Source of the DNA: an uncultured Solirubrobacteraceae bacterium
Lineage (GTDB): Bacteria > Actinomycetota > Thermoleophilia > Solirubrobacterales > Solirubrobacteraceae
Direction of reading: 5' to 3'
DNA: 64,000 bases
Assembly: GCA_963813625.1 (NCBI GenBank)
Contig: CAWFAC010000014.1
Coordinates: 5,187 to 69,186, forward strand
Shown here: piece after piece, positions 18,399-34,369 of the stretch
Position numbering within the stretch: position 1 is the first letter of the stretch
Layout: every line of letters starts with the position of its first letter
Notes under the pieces: generated by a model
The model's input: only the letters and a program-made list of their open reading frames with translations
Databases searched by the model: none
What the model was told of the DNA's origin: nothing
Translations under genes and position numbers: made by a program

Positions 18399-18638
18399 AT
18401 GAAAATGCGACAGAGCCTCGCCGACTGGGAGCAGGCGTTCGTCAAGGAGATCTCGCTCGATCGCCGCCGCCGCGACTCTCTGCGCCGTACCACCGAGCAG
18501 CGCGCGCTCAAGCGCGAGGCCGACAGACGTCACAAGCGCGGCTCGGTGCGCTTCGTGCTGCTCGTCCTCACGCTCGTGCTGACCGCAGCAGTCGTCACGG
18601 TCGTGATGTTCCGCACGCTCTACCTGCTGCTTGGCTGA
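18399..18638 (+). CDS. Small hypothetical membrane protein
   Basis: Charged coiled N-terminus and one C-terminal TM helix. Confidence 0.7.
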   Translation: MKMRQSLADWEQAFVKEISLDRRRRDSLRRTTEQRALKREADRRHKRGSVRFVLLVLTLVLTAAVVTVVMFRTLYLLLG

Positions 18639-18703
18639 TATGGGCGCCGCAGCCACCGCGCAGCGCCCGCACGCTCGAACCAGTCGGGCTCGCGGAACAG
18701 CGT

Positions 18704-18958
18704 TTAGGAGCCCTCGCCCAGCTCGCGCAGAGACTTCCCCACGTCGGAGGCCTGCTCGGACGCCGGTCTGTCCTGACCTGGCGACGGCGTGCCCGCTTCG
18801 CGATGAATCTCGAGATAGATCTCCTTCCGGAAGACAGGAACCCTCTGTGGCGCCTGAATACCGATGCGTACCTTCTCGCCCATAACCGACAGCACCGAAA
18901 CCTCGATCTCATCCCCGATCATGATGCTCTGGTTGGACTTGCGCGTCAAAACCAGCAT
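18704..18958 (-). CDS. csrA: Carbon storage regulator CsrA
   Basis: MLVLTRKSNQSIMIGDEIEVSVLSVMGEKVRIGIQAPQRVPVFRKEIY. AGAGGAAGG upstream of ATG 18958. Confidence 0.95.
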   Translation of the reverse strand: MLVLTRKSNQSIMIGDEIEVSVLSVMGEKVRIGIQAPQRVPVFRKEIYLEIHREAGTPSPGQDRPASEQASDVGKSLRELGEGS

Positions 18959-19163
18959 TTCGGTGCACCTTCCTCTTTGTGCCAATTGGCGACCCCGGCG
19001 CGACCCGCCACCGCCGATGCGCCTAGCATAGTCCCAGGACCGGGGGAACGCGATCCCCATATCTCAAAGCCCTGCCGAGGATCGCCACAGCCGCCCTGCA
19101 GGACGGGCACCGCACACGCCCGCCGCGCCTCGCGGGCGCTTACGCTAGTCTCCCGGACCGTCC

Positions 19164-19751
19164 ATGCCCCGGAAATCTCTGCGCCCGCACCTGAACCAGA
19201 TCCGCGCCTGGGTGCGGCAGGGACGCACCGACGCCTGGGTCGCGCACCAGCTCGAGGTCACCGTCCGCGACATCGAGCAGTTCAGGCGCCAGAACGAGCT
19301 CGTCAGCGACGACGACGCGCCCGAGGGCACGAGCGCCGGCGACTATCCGGAGGAGATCGACCTGCGCGCCGAGGACGACGCGCTGATCGCAGCCGAGCTC
19401 GAAGCGGCCGAAGCCGAGGCGGAGCGCGCCCGAGCGCAAGCCGCGCAGGACGCGCAGGACGCACGCGACGCACGGGACGGAGAGGACGACGAGGAGTCCG
19501 AGGACGCCAGCAGCACGCCCACGCGCCGCCGCAGTCGCCGAGGCGGGCGCGGCCGGCGCTCGCCCGGCCGCAACACCGGTCCCCTAGAGGGCACGTTCGA
19601 CCACGGCGAGGAGGGCTACGGTCTGTGGCTGGACCCAGCCATCCAGGAGAACCCGATCTACGCCGAGCACTGGGCCGGGCACCGTCCGGTCGAGGTCGAG
19701 GTCGAGGAAGATCGGATAGTCATCCGCCGCGTCGGCGAAGACGACGACTAG
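19164..19751 (+). CDS. Hypothetical protein with HTH-like N-terminus, acidic/basic linker and beta-rich C-terminus
   Basis: Clean ORF with typical codon usage. 9-nt repeats (AQD/ARD) at 19443-19478. Confidence 0.75.
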   Translation: MPRKSLRPHLNQIRAWVRQGRTDAWVAHQLEVTVRDIEQFRRQNELVSDDDAPEGTSAGDYPEEIDLRAEDDALIAAELEAAEAEAERARAQAAQDAQDARDARDGEDDEESEDASSTPTRRRSRRGGRGRRSPGRNTGPLEGTFDHGEEGYGLWLDPAIQENPIYAEHWAGHRPVEVEVEEDRIVIRRVGEDDD

Positions 19752-19767
19752 GTCGCCGCCGCATGGC

Positions 19768-20094
19768 CTACACCTCCGAAAGCGTCCTGCGCCCACCGGC
19801 ATAGTCTGCGGCCTCGCGCAGGTACCTGGCGAACGCCGCGTCCACGACCACGCCCGCCTCCCACGCCCACGGGTCCTCCGGCGCGAGCTTCATCGCCACC
19901 TGCACGCACCACGCGCTGCCGCCTTCATAGAGATCCACGAGCTCCTGCGCCGAGAACCGCCCTCCCAAGCGCCGGCGCAGTTCCGCAACCAGGGCGTCGG
20001 TCACGCGTTCCAGCAGCGAACTCCGCTCGACCGGTGCAGCCCGCAGCCTGCGTTCACCCTGCTGCCACTGGAAGATCGCCGTCTCGAACGACAC
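19768..20094 (-). CDS. Hypothetical protein
   Basis: 108-aa helical ORF. TAGCCT lies 6 nt before the GTG. Confidence 0.75.
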   Translation of the reverse strand: MSFETAIFQWQQGERRLRAAPVERSSLLERVTDALVAELRRRLGGRFSAQELVDLYEGGSAWCVQVAMKLAPEDPWAWEAGVVVDAAFARYLREAADYAGGRRTLSEV

Positions 20095-20153
20095 CAGCCG
20101 AGGCTAGCAGCGGAAGTCGCTGCGGGCCGACGCGCGCCGCCGTCGCACAGCGC

Positions 20154-20483
20154 TCAGTTTTCGGGCAGCCCGCTGATCACGTACGGCTGCTCGTTGCGGT
20201 TCATCATCCCCAGCTGGCGAGCCTCCGCTTCCAGCGTCCCCGGTGCGCTGAGAGCTTCGTGCTGCTGCACGAGCAGCTTGTGTTCACGCCCCATCGCCGC
20301 CACCGTCGCGCTGTCGTGCCGCGCCTGGCGCCACGTCGAGAACATGTGCACACCGGCGCTCACGTACAGATAAACAAGCGCCGCCAGCACGCACAGCATC
20401 GCCACGCGCGCCAGCCGGTCCCAGCGCACACGCGCGCCGCGAGCGCGACTCGAGCCTGGGCGTGATGCCGAGACGGCGGACAT
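20154..20483 (-). CDS. ftsB: Septum formation initiator (FtsB/DivIC family)
   Basis: TM helix, coiled coil, LEAEARQLGM...EQPY, located downstream of eno. Confidence 0.75.
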   Translation of the reverse strand: MSAVSASRPGSSRARGARVRWDRLARVAMLCVLAALVYLYVSAGVHMFSTWRQARHDSATVAAMGREHKLLVQQHEALSAPGTLEAEARQLGMMNRNEQPYVISGLPEN

Positions 20484-20720
20484 GCTTACCCGGATTCGCG
20501 GCAGCCGGCGAACATCCTGCCGCTGACCGATGACGGCCGGGCGCCGACAGACGGCCAGCGGCACAGCCCGACGCTGACGGACGGCTGGCGGCGCGGGAGT
20601 GTCTCTCGCCACAGGTGCTGTAGAACCATGGTCATACGGCTGTCACCGGGTGAGAGCTACTTCACCGCCGCCGCCGCCACCGCCACCGCCACCGCCGGCG
20701 AGTCTCGGCGGGCGACTGCT

Positions 20721-23145
<2,425 letters not shown>

Positions 23146-23204
23146 GACGCCGGCACTCTAGCGGAAAGCTCCTAGGTTGTCGTTAACGAGCGCCTAACGA
23201 GTTT

Positions 23205-26680
<3,476 letters not shown>

Positions 26681-26681
<1 letters not shown>

Positions 26682-27349
26682 CAGCGCTGCCGCTCCCGAC
26701 CGCTGCTTTCGGCTCCAGCGCCCTCGGCCCGCGGTCGCTCGACGCCTTCGCCCAGCACGACGCGCTCGACCTGCTCGCACGCGCGCTCGACGAGCTCTCG
26801 CACCTGCTCCTCGCCCTCGCGAAAGCGCCCGAGCACGTAGGCGGAGACGATCTCCGGGTCGCTCGAGTCCGGACGGCCGACGCCGACGCGCACGCGCACG
26901 AAGTCCCCGCCACCAAGCTCGCGCTTGAGCGACTTCAGCCCGTTGTGGCCCGCAAGCCCGCCGCCCACGCGCGTGCGCACCTCGCCGAATGGCAGGTCGA
27001 TCTCATCGTGTACGACCACCACGCGCTCGAGCGGCAGCTTGAGCGCACCGCGGGCCGGGCCGACGGAGCGACCGGCGTCGTTCATGTACGTCTGCGGGCA
27101 GAGCACTGCCACGCGCGGGCCCATGCCGGTGGTCGACACGCCAGCGGCGGAAGCGGGCACGCGACCTTCTGCGATGCGGCCGCGGAAGCGGTCCCGTGCC
27201 CGTCCCAACGCCCACCGCGCGAGCAGCGCCTGCGCGACCATGAAGCCGACGTTGTGCCGCGTGTTCGCGTACTCGCGGCCGGGGTTGCCCAGGCCGACGA
27301 TCAGCCAGTCGACGGCTCCGGCGCCGCCACCGCCGAACGGGCGTCGCAG
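26681..27349 (-). CDS. pth: Peptidyl-tRNA hydrolase, probable CTG start
   Basis: In frame upstream of the ORF-track ATG 27241: [38 protein letters not shown]. Also TYMN, HDEID and GHNGLKS motifs. Confidence 0.92.
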
Positions 27350-27351
27350 CG

Positions 27352-28026
27352 CTACTCCTCGCCTGAGGAGCCCTCGGAGCCGGCGCCCTCGGCGTCTGCC
27401 TGTGCGCCGTCCTCGCCCACGACCTCCGTCTCGGCCTCGATCTCCTCGTCGGCCTCCGCCTGAAGCCGCGGCGGAGAGAGCGTTGCAAGGACCGTCTCCT
27501 CGAGGTCGTCGAGCAGCGTCACGCCCTCCGGAGCCTGCAGCGCGGCGAGCACGATCGTCTCGCCGATCTGCATCTCGCCCACCTCGTGGACGATCGACGC
27601 GGGGATCGCCGTCGGCAGCGCCTGCACGTTGAGCTCACGTGTGATCTGCTCGAGCACGCCGCCCTGCTTCACGCCCGGCGCGTCGTCGACGCCCGTCAGC
27701 TCGAGCGGGACAACCGCGTTTATGACCTCGTCGAGCTTCACGCGCAGGAGGTCCACGTGGATGGTCTCGCCGCGCACAGGGTGACGCTGGGCCTCCTTGA
27801 GCACGACCGGCGTCGGTTTCTTGCCGTCGACGCTCAGATCGAGGACGGCGCCGGATCGCGCGAGCGCGTGGCGCAGCTCGCGCGCGTCGGCGTCGAAGCC
27901 CACCGCCTCCGCGCCGCCGCCGTACAGCACTCCGGGCACGCGCCCGCTGCGGCGCACGCGGCGCGCCGCACGCGAGCCGGCGGCCTCGCGGCTGCTCACG
28001 TTCAGCTTGGTCGTGGTGTTGGCCAT
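27352..28026 (-). CDS. rplY: 50S ribosomal protein L25 / general stress protein Ctc
   Basis: GRVPGVLYG, QRHPVRGETIHVDL, GVKQGGVL. Confidence 0.96.
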   Translation of the reverse strand: MANTTTKLNVSSREAAGSRAARRVRRSGRVPGVLYGGGAEAVGFDADARELRHALARSGAVLDLSVDGKKPTPVVLKEAQRHPVRGETIHVDLLRVKLDEVINAVVPLELTGVDDAPGVKQGGVLEQITRELNVQALPTAIPASIVHEVGEMQIGETIVLAALQAPEGVTLLDDLEETVLATLSPPRLQAEADEEIEAETEVVGEDGAQADAEGAGSEGSSGEE

Positions 28027-28056
28027 CGCGGGATTGCAGACTCTAGCAATCGCCGC

Positions 28057-28635
28057 TCATCGTTCTGCTGCTGTCGCTGCTTCTTCTTCCACTTCGCTGC
28101 TCGAGCGCTTCGTGCAGCTGCCTTCGTTGGCAATCGGCGCGCTCAGCCCGACCAGCTGCACGTGGATACCGCTCAGGAGGTTGCCGGTGCGGCGCACGTC
28201 CACGCACTGCACCACCGGCAGCGTCCCGATCACCGTCCACGCCAGGCGCGTCTTGCCGGTTGCCCCGAACAGCGAGTACGCGGTGGGCGATTCCAGCTGG
28301 AGGATCTTCACTTCGCCCGATCGACGCAGGCGCGGGTTGCTGGCGTTGGCCTTGACCGTGGCCACGCACGACGGGCTCTGCCGGCAGCCGTGGAGCTGGT
28401 CGAGCATGCCGCTCACATCCCCCCTCGCCTGAGCCTCGATCAGAGTCTCGTCGTCGTTGCGTTCCACGTTCTCCGCCGTCAGGAACCGCGCCAGCACGGC
28501 GCTGAGGACGAGCACCAGGATGACGCCGACCCCGAGCAGCCTCCGCGCGAGGCGGCGCTGAGCAGGCGCGAGCCCCAGCCACCAAGCGTGCGGTCCACGC
28601 GCAGCCGCGGCAGGGGTGACGGTGGGGGAGGACAT
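28057..28635 (-). CDS. Hypothetical single-pass membrane protein
   Basis: MSSPTVTP..., one TM helix, four Cys in the extracellular part. Confidence 0.72.
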   Translation of the reverse strand: MSSPTVTPAAAARGPHAWWLGLAPAQRRLARRLLGVGVILVLVLSAVLARFLTAENVERNDDETLIEAQARGDVSGMLDQLHGCRQSPSCVATVKANASNPRLRRSGEVKILQLESPTAYSLFGATGKTRLAWTVIGTLPVVQCVDVRRTGNLLSGIHVQLVGLSAPIANEGSCTKRSSSEVEEEAATAAER

Positions 28636-28651
28636 CGTCCGGAGATGATGA

Positions 28652-28745
28652 CGGGTGGGCACATGTGCCCACCCGGGCAGGGTCGCATGCGACCCTGCCA
28701 CCGGCCGCGCATGCGCGGCCGGCCGGCCGGCACATGTGCCGGCCG
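28652..28745. repeat. Four abutting perfect palindromes, each centred on CATG
   Basis: 28652-28675 CGGGTGGGCACATGTGCCCACCCG; 28676-28699 GGCAGGGTCGCATGCGACCCTGCC; 28701-28722 CCGGCCGCGCATGCGCGGCCGG; 28724-28745 CGGCCGGCACATGTGCCGGCCG. Confidence 0.92.
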
Positions 28746-28746
28746 C

Positions 28747-29772
<1,026 letters not shown>

Positions 29773-29809
29773 CTCATCAGCAGTGTAAACGTCCGGCTCG
29801 AATCGGTCG

Positions 29810-31144
29810 TCAAGATTCTCCTCCCCGCCCGGAGTAGCCCTCGACGTTGCGCTGGCGCTCGCGCGCGATGCCGAGCGCGCCGGGCGGCACGTCCTCGGTG
29901 ATCACCGACCCGGCGCCCGTGTACGCGTCGTCGCCGACGCTCACGGGAGCCACGAGCGTCGTGTCCACACCCGTGCGCACCCCCCGACCGACCGTCGTTC
30001 GATGCTTGGCGCGGCCGTCGTAGTTGGCGGTGATCGTCGCCGCGCCCAGGTTCGTCCCCTCGCCGACGTCGGCGTCGCCGATGTAGGACAGGTGGGGGAC
30101 CCTCGCGTCGGGCCCGACGTCGGAGTTCTTGACCTCCACGAACGTCCCAACCTTGGTGCCCGCGCGCAGGACCGTTCCCGGGCGCAGGTATCCGAACGGC
30201 CCGACGCTCACCCCGTCCTCGAGCACGCAGTCCACGAGGTATGAGTGGCGAACGGTGCACTCCCGCCCGATCTTCGTGTTGCCGCGGATGGTGGTGAATG
30301 GCTCGATCAGCGTGTCCTGCCCGATCTCCACGTCCGCATCGATGACCGTCGCGTTGGGGTCGACGATGCCGACGCCCGCACGCATGTGCCGCTCGTGGAT
30401 GGCGCTCTGCGCGAGCGCACGCACGCGCGCGAGCGCCGCCCGATCGTTGACTCCCAGCACCAGCCGCTCGTCCTCTACGAGGTGCGCCGCAACCACCGCG
30501 CCATCGGCCCGGAGCACGTCGAGCACCTGCGGCAGGTACAGCTCTCCTTGCGCGTTGTGCGCGCTCAGTCCTGGCAGAGCCTGGTGCAGCGCGTCGGCGG
30601 CGAACACGAAGATACCCGTGTTGACCTCGCGTATCTCGCGCTCGGACCGCGTCGAGTCGCCGTCTGCCTTGGTCTCGACGACCCGCTCGAGCGCCCCGCT
30701 GGCGTCGCGCACCACCCGCCCATAGCCGGTCGGATCGTCGAGGATCGTGCTCGCCATCGTCGCCGCCGCGCCGCTCCGGGCGTGGGCCTCGAGCAGCCCT
30801 GTGATCGCGTCGGCGCTCACGAGCGGCACGTCGCCGGCGAGCACGACCACGGCAGCAGCGGGGTCCATGTGGGAGTCGAGCTTGGCCATCGCTGCGATCG
30901 TCGCGCCGCCGGTGCCGTCGGCGCGCTCCTGCACCGCCAGCTCGACGTCCGCGGGCAGCACGCGCTCGAGCGCCCGCTCGGGCGAGTCCACCACCACGAC
31001 CCTGCCCGCCCCCGCATCCAGAGCCGCGCGCACCGGCCACAGCACCATCGGGCGGCCGCACAGGTCGTGCAGGACCTTCGGCGTCCTGGAGCGCATGCGC
31101 GTGCCGTGGCCCGCGGCGAGGATCACAACAGTGGGCGCGCTCAC
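29810..31144 (-). CDS. glmU: Bifunctional GlcNAc-1-P uridyltransferase/acetyltransferase
   Basis: ILAAGHGTRMRSRTPKVLH, hexapeptide repeats, HLSYIGDA, NYDG. TAGCAT lies 7 nt before the GTG. Confidence 0.96.
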   Translation of the reverse strand: MSAPTVVILAAGHGTRMRSRTPKVLHDLCGRPMVLWPVRAALDAGAGRVVVVDSPERALERVLPADVELAVQERADGTGGATIAAMAKLDSHMDPAAAVVVLAGDVPLVSADAITGLLEAHARSGAAATMASTILDDPTGYGRVVRDASGALERVVETKADGDSTRSEREIREVNTGIFVFAADALHQALPGLSAHNAQGELYLPQVLDVLRADGAVVAAHLVEDERLVLGVNDRAALARVRALAQSAIHERHMRAGVGIVDPNATVIDADVEIGQDTLIEPFTTIRGNTKIGRECTVRHSYLVDCVLEDGVSVGPFGYLRPGTVLRAGTKVGTFVEVKNSDVGPDARVPHLSYIGDADVGEGTNLGAATITANYDGRAKHRTTVGRGVRTGVDTTLVAPVSVGDDAYTGAGSVITEDVPPGALGIARERQRNVEGYSGRGGES

Positions 31145-31179
31145 GACTCAGATGCTATTCGCTCGCCGCGCATCCGCAG

Positions 31180-31250
31180 CTGGGGGGCAGGGATTCGAAC
31201 CCCGATTCTCAGGACCAAAACCTGATGTCCTGCCATTGGACGACCCCCCA
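31180..31250 (-). tRNA. tRNA-Gln(TTG)
   Basis: TGGGGGGTCGTCCAATGGCAGGACATCAGGTTTTGGTCCTGAGAATCGGGGTTCGAATCCCTGCCCCCCAG, upstream of glmU. Confidence 0.95.
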
Positions 31251-31276
31251 GGGGGCTACAAGGATAGTCGCGCGCG

Positions 31277-31957
31277 GTGCACTGCGTGGACCGTGAAGGG
31301 ATGCCGATAACCACGGTAACGATGAAGCAACGCGCTCACCCGGCCGCCGTGCAAGTATGCGCGCACTTGTCGCGGACGAGCACAAGACGGCAGAGCAAGC
31401 TGGGCGCGGTGCTGGCTGCGACGTTGCTCGCTGGCGCGGTCGCGCTCGCGGATGAGACCGCGCGCGCAGCCACGTCCGCGTCCTCCTGCCGCGGCGCCAA
31501 CCTGCACCCCAGTGCCGCCAACGTCCGCGCCGTGGACACGGCGACGCTGTGCCTGATCAATCGGCTGCGGCGCGCCCGTCGCTTGCGCTCGCTGCGCTCC
31601 AACCGAGAACTGACGCGTGTGGCGGCGAGCCAGGTCACCAACATGGTGCGCTGGAACTACTTCGCCGACATCCGCCCGTCGGGCCAGACGCCCCTGTCGC
31701 TCGTCGCGGTCACCCACTACCTCAAGCACGCCGCCGGCTTTGCGGTCGGACAGAACATCGCCTGGGGCAGCGGCAGCGACAGTACCCCGCTGCACGTCGT
31801 GGCGGAATGGATGGCATCTGCGCCGCACCGCGAAATCATGCTCGACGCCGAGTTCCGAGACGCTGGCGTCGCGGTCACGCCAACCGTGCCGGCGGCCCTG
31901 CGCACGAGCGGCCGGGGCGCCACCTACGCGATCGAGTTCGGCGCGCGGCGCTTCTAG
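31277..31957 (+). CDS. Secreted CAP/SCP domain protein
   Basis: TLCLINRLR, NMVRWNYF, GQNIAWG, WMASAPHR. Start uncertain. Confidence 0.8.
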   Translation: MHCVDREGMPITTVTMKQRAHPAAVQVCAHLSRTSTRRQSKLGAVLAATLLAGAVALADETARAATSASSCRGANLHPSAANVRAVDTATLCLINRLRRARRLRSLRSNRELTRVAASQVTNMVRWNYFADIRPSGQTPLSLVAVTHYLKHAAGFAVGQNIAWGSGSDSTPLHVVAEWMASAPHREIMLDAEFRDAGVAVTPTVPAALRTSGRGATYAIEFGARRF

Positions 31958-33168
31958 GAGCGCCTGCCCGTGCGGCGTGGTACGCGCCCGCCTTCAGCGC
32001 CGGCCTCCGACGCGGGCCCCCCGGCCGAGGCGATCCCCAGAACCCGCATCGCCTTCAGGCCGAGGCTCAGCTTCTCGCGGCCGTCGCTCGAGCTGACGTC
32101 CAGCCCGGACAGCTCGCGCACGCGCTCCAGGCGATAGTAGATCGTGTGGCGATGGGTGAACAGCCGCTGGGCGGTGCCCGCCACGTTGCCATCGGCCTCC
32201 AGAAACGTCTCGAGCGTGCGCACGAGATCGGTCTCGTACTGCTCGTCGTAGGCCACGAGCGGCTCGACCGTCTCGGCGTAGAAGCGTTGCAGCTCACTCG
32301 GGTTCTCGCTCATGGCCGACAACAACAGCCTGTAGGCGCCGGTCTGGTCAAACGCGAGCGCGGCGCCGTCCGCGGAGCCCTGGGCGACGTTCGCCGCGAG
32401 CAGCGCCTCGCTGGCAGCGCGCGGCAGCTGCGCGGGGTCCTCCGTGACGCGGCTGCGCCCGAGCGCGAACGTGTACCCCGCGAGGCTCGCTTCCATCTCG
32501 CTCAGCACCGCCTCCGCCGCGCGCGCCGCAGCGGTCTCGTCGCCGCCCGGCACCAGCACCAGCACCTCGGCGCCGGCGATGCCCTCGCGCTCGGACAGCG
32601 CGGCGATCGAGCGGCTCGCGACCGCTCGCGCACCGCGCTCGGCGACGGCCCGAACGCGTCCGCGCCAGCCCTCGTCCGTGGGCGCCTGCGGATGCGCCCG
32701 CGCGACGAGCATGCTCGCCCCGTCCTCGACCGCCAGCGAGAGCTCCTTGGCGCGCCCCACCAGATCCTCCCGCTCGGTCAGCTCGCGGCGCAGGATCGCG
32801 CGCAGGAAGTCCCCGGAGGCCGTTTCCGAGACGCGCTCGGGCGCCCTCACGCGCTCGACCTCGGAGGCGATCATCGTCAGCAGCAGCCTGCGCATCGAGG
32901 CGCTCGGCTCGGCCTTGACGCGCATGTGCAGCGTCCCAACGACCGTGTCGGCCACGCGCAGCGGCGCGCTGCTCACTCCCTCGCCCTGGGAGAGCAGCGA
33001 CCGCTCCTCGGCGGGAGAGCGGGCCGCGACCGCCAGCGTAGCCCCCCACGCGTCGGTCACCGCGAGGCTCGCGTCGAGCGCCCTCGCAGCCGCCCGCACC
33101 ACCTCGGGCAGGCCCGCCCCGGACTCGACCGCCTCGGTGATCGCGTCCAGCGCCGCCAGATCTGACAC
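31954..33168 (-). CDS. PucR/CdaR family transcriptional regulator
   Basis: GAYRLLL, LVRTLETFLEADGNVAGTAQRLFTHRHTIYYRLERV HTH_30. Start at GTG 33168. Confidence 0.92.
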   Translation of the reverse strand: MSDLAALDAITEAVESGAGLPEVVRAAARALDASLAVTDAWGATLAVAARSPAEERSLLSQGEGVSSAPLRVADTVVGTLHMRVKAEPSASMRRLLLTMIASEVERVRAPERVSETASGDFLRAILRRELTEREDLVGRAKELSLAVEDGASMLVARAHPQAPTDEGWRGRVRAVAERGARAVASRSIAALSEREGIAGAEVLVLVPGGDETAAARAAEAVLSEMEASLAGYTFALGRSRVTEDPAQLPRAASEALLAANVAQGSADGAALAFDQTGAYRLLLSAMSENPSELQRFYAETVEPLVAYDEQYETDLVRTLETFLEADGNVAGTAQRLFTHRHTIYYRLERVRELSGLDVSSSDGREKLSLGLKAMRVLGIASAGGPASEAGAEGGRVPRRTGRRS

Positions 33169-33173
33169 GCGGG

Positions 33174-33386
33174 TCAGCCCCAGAAGTAGACGGCGGCGAG
33201 CGCCCCGACCACCCCGATGCCGACCAGCACCGCGAGCACGTACAGCGACAGCACGGTCGCGGCCAGCCGCTGCCAAACGCGCGAGTACGACGACCACGCC
33301 GGGATCAGGATCAGCCCGGCGAACAGCGCGAGGCTGAATACACCGGCGCACGCCGCCGCCAGCTCGTTGATTGCAGTCCTGCTCAT
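33174..33386 (-). CDS. Small two-TM membrane protein
   Basis: MSRTAINELAAACAGVFSLALFAGLILIP..., 70 aa hydrophobic. Confidence 0.75.
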   Translation of the reverse strand: MSRTAINELAAACAGVFSLALFAGLILIPAWSSYSRVWQRLAATVLSLYVLAVLVGIGVVGALAAVYFWG

Positions 33387-33421
33387 TTGGATCTCGCCCG
33401 GGATTGTTACGTACGAGGAGG

Positions 33422-34369
33422 TCACTCGCTTCCGTAGAGCGTAACCGCGCGCCCGAACACTGCGTCCACCGGCGCGGCGCAAATCGCCGCGGGCACGCGG
33501 CCGGCGAGGCCGGCGGCGGCCGCCTGGGCCCGCGCAGGGCCTCTGTCAGCGAACGGCGCGACGCGTCGGAACAGCCCGACGACCGTCGGGCCGGAGCCGC
33601 TGAGGAGCGCTGTCTGCGCTCCGGCTTTGATGGCCTGCGCGAGCGCGTCGACGATCGGCGGACACAGCGACACGGCGGCGCGCTGGAGGTCGTTGTGCAG
33701 CAGCTCCGGGCGGGCCGGAAGCGAGGCGCCGTGCTCGAGCGCCGCGTGCAGCTCGAGCTGGCGATCGTTCAGCTCCTGCTGCGTGCGCGCCAGGGCCAGC
33801 CGGTCGGCCTCCGCGTAGACGGCAGCGGTCGAGAGCCCAGCGAGCGCCGGAAGCAAGAGCACGCCGAACCGCGATCTCTCTGGCGGCAGCCGCTGCAACT
33901 GCTCGCCGGCGCCGGTCGCCAGCCAGCGGCCGGGGGATATCTGGGCTGGGACGTCTGCCCCGAGCTGTGAGCCGAGCGTGCGCAGGAGCGGCTCGTCGCC
34001 GAGCCCGGACGCGTGCATCGCCAGGCGCAGCGCAGCGGCGGCATCGGCGGAGCCACCTCCCAGACCGGCCGCGACGGGGATCCGCTTGACGATGCTCAAC
34101 CGCAGCGGCGGCGCCCGCCAGCCGGTGCTCGCTCGGAACGCGCGCATGGCCGCCGCCGCCAGGTTCTGCTCGGGGGCACCGGGCACGCCGGGGCACAGGA
34201 CCTCATCCCGCTCGCTGCCCGCAGGGGCTGGTTCGAGCGTCAGCTCATCAGCCAGCGAGATCGATTGCATGACCGTGACCAGCTCGTGCCTGCCGTCGCT
34301 CGCCCGGACGGACCCCAGGAACAGCCCGAGGTTGATCTTCGCGGGCGCGAGCGCGCGGTGGACGCTCAT
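33422..34369 (-). CDS. ispE: 4-diphosphocytidyl-2-C-methyl-D-erythritol kinase
   Basis: APAKINLGL, KRIPVAAGLGGGSADAAA, LSGSGPT. ATG 34369 overlaps the rsmA stop. Confidence 0.93.
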   Translation of the reverse strand: MSVHRALAPAKINLGLFLGSVRASDGRHELVTVMQSISLADELTLEPAPAGSERDEVLCPGVPGAPEQNLAAAAMRAFRASTGWRAPPLRLSIVKRIPVAAGLGGGSADAAAALRLAMHASGLGDEPLLRTLGSQLGADVPAQISPGRWLATGAGEQLQRLPPERSRFGVLLLPALAGLSTAAVYAEADRLALARTQQELNDRQLELHAALEHGASLPARPELLHNDLQRAAVSLCPPIVDALAQAIKAGAQTALLSGSGPTVVGLFRRVAPFADRGPARAQAAAAGLAGRVPAAICAAPVDAVFGRAVTLYGSE

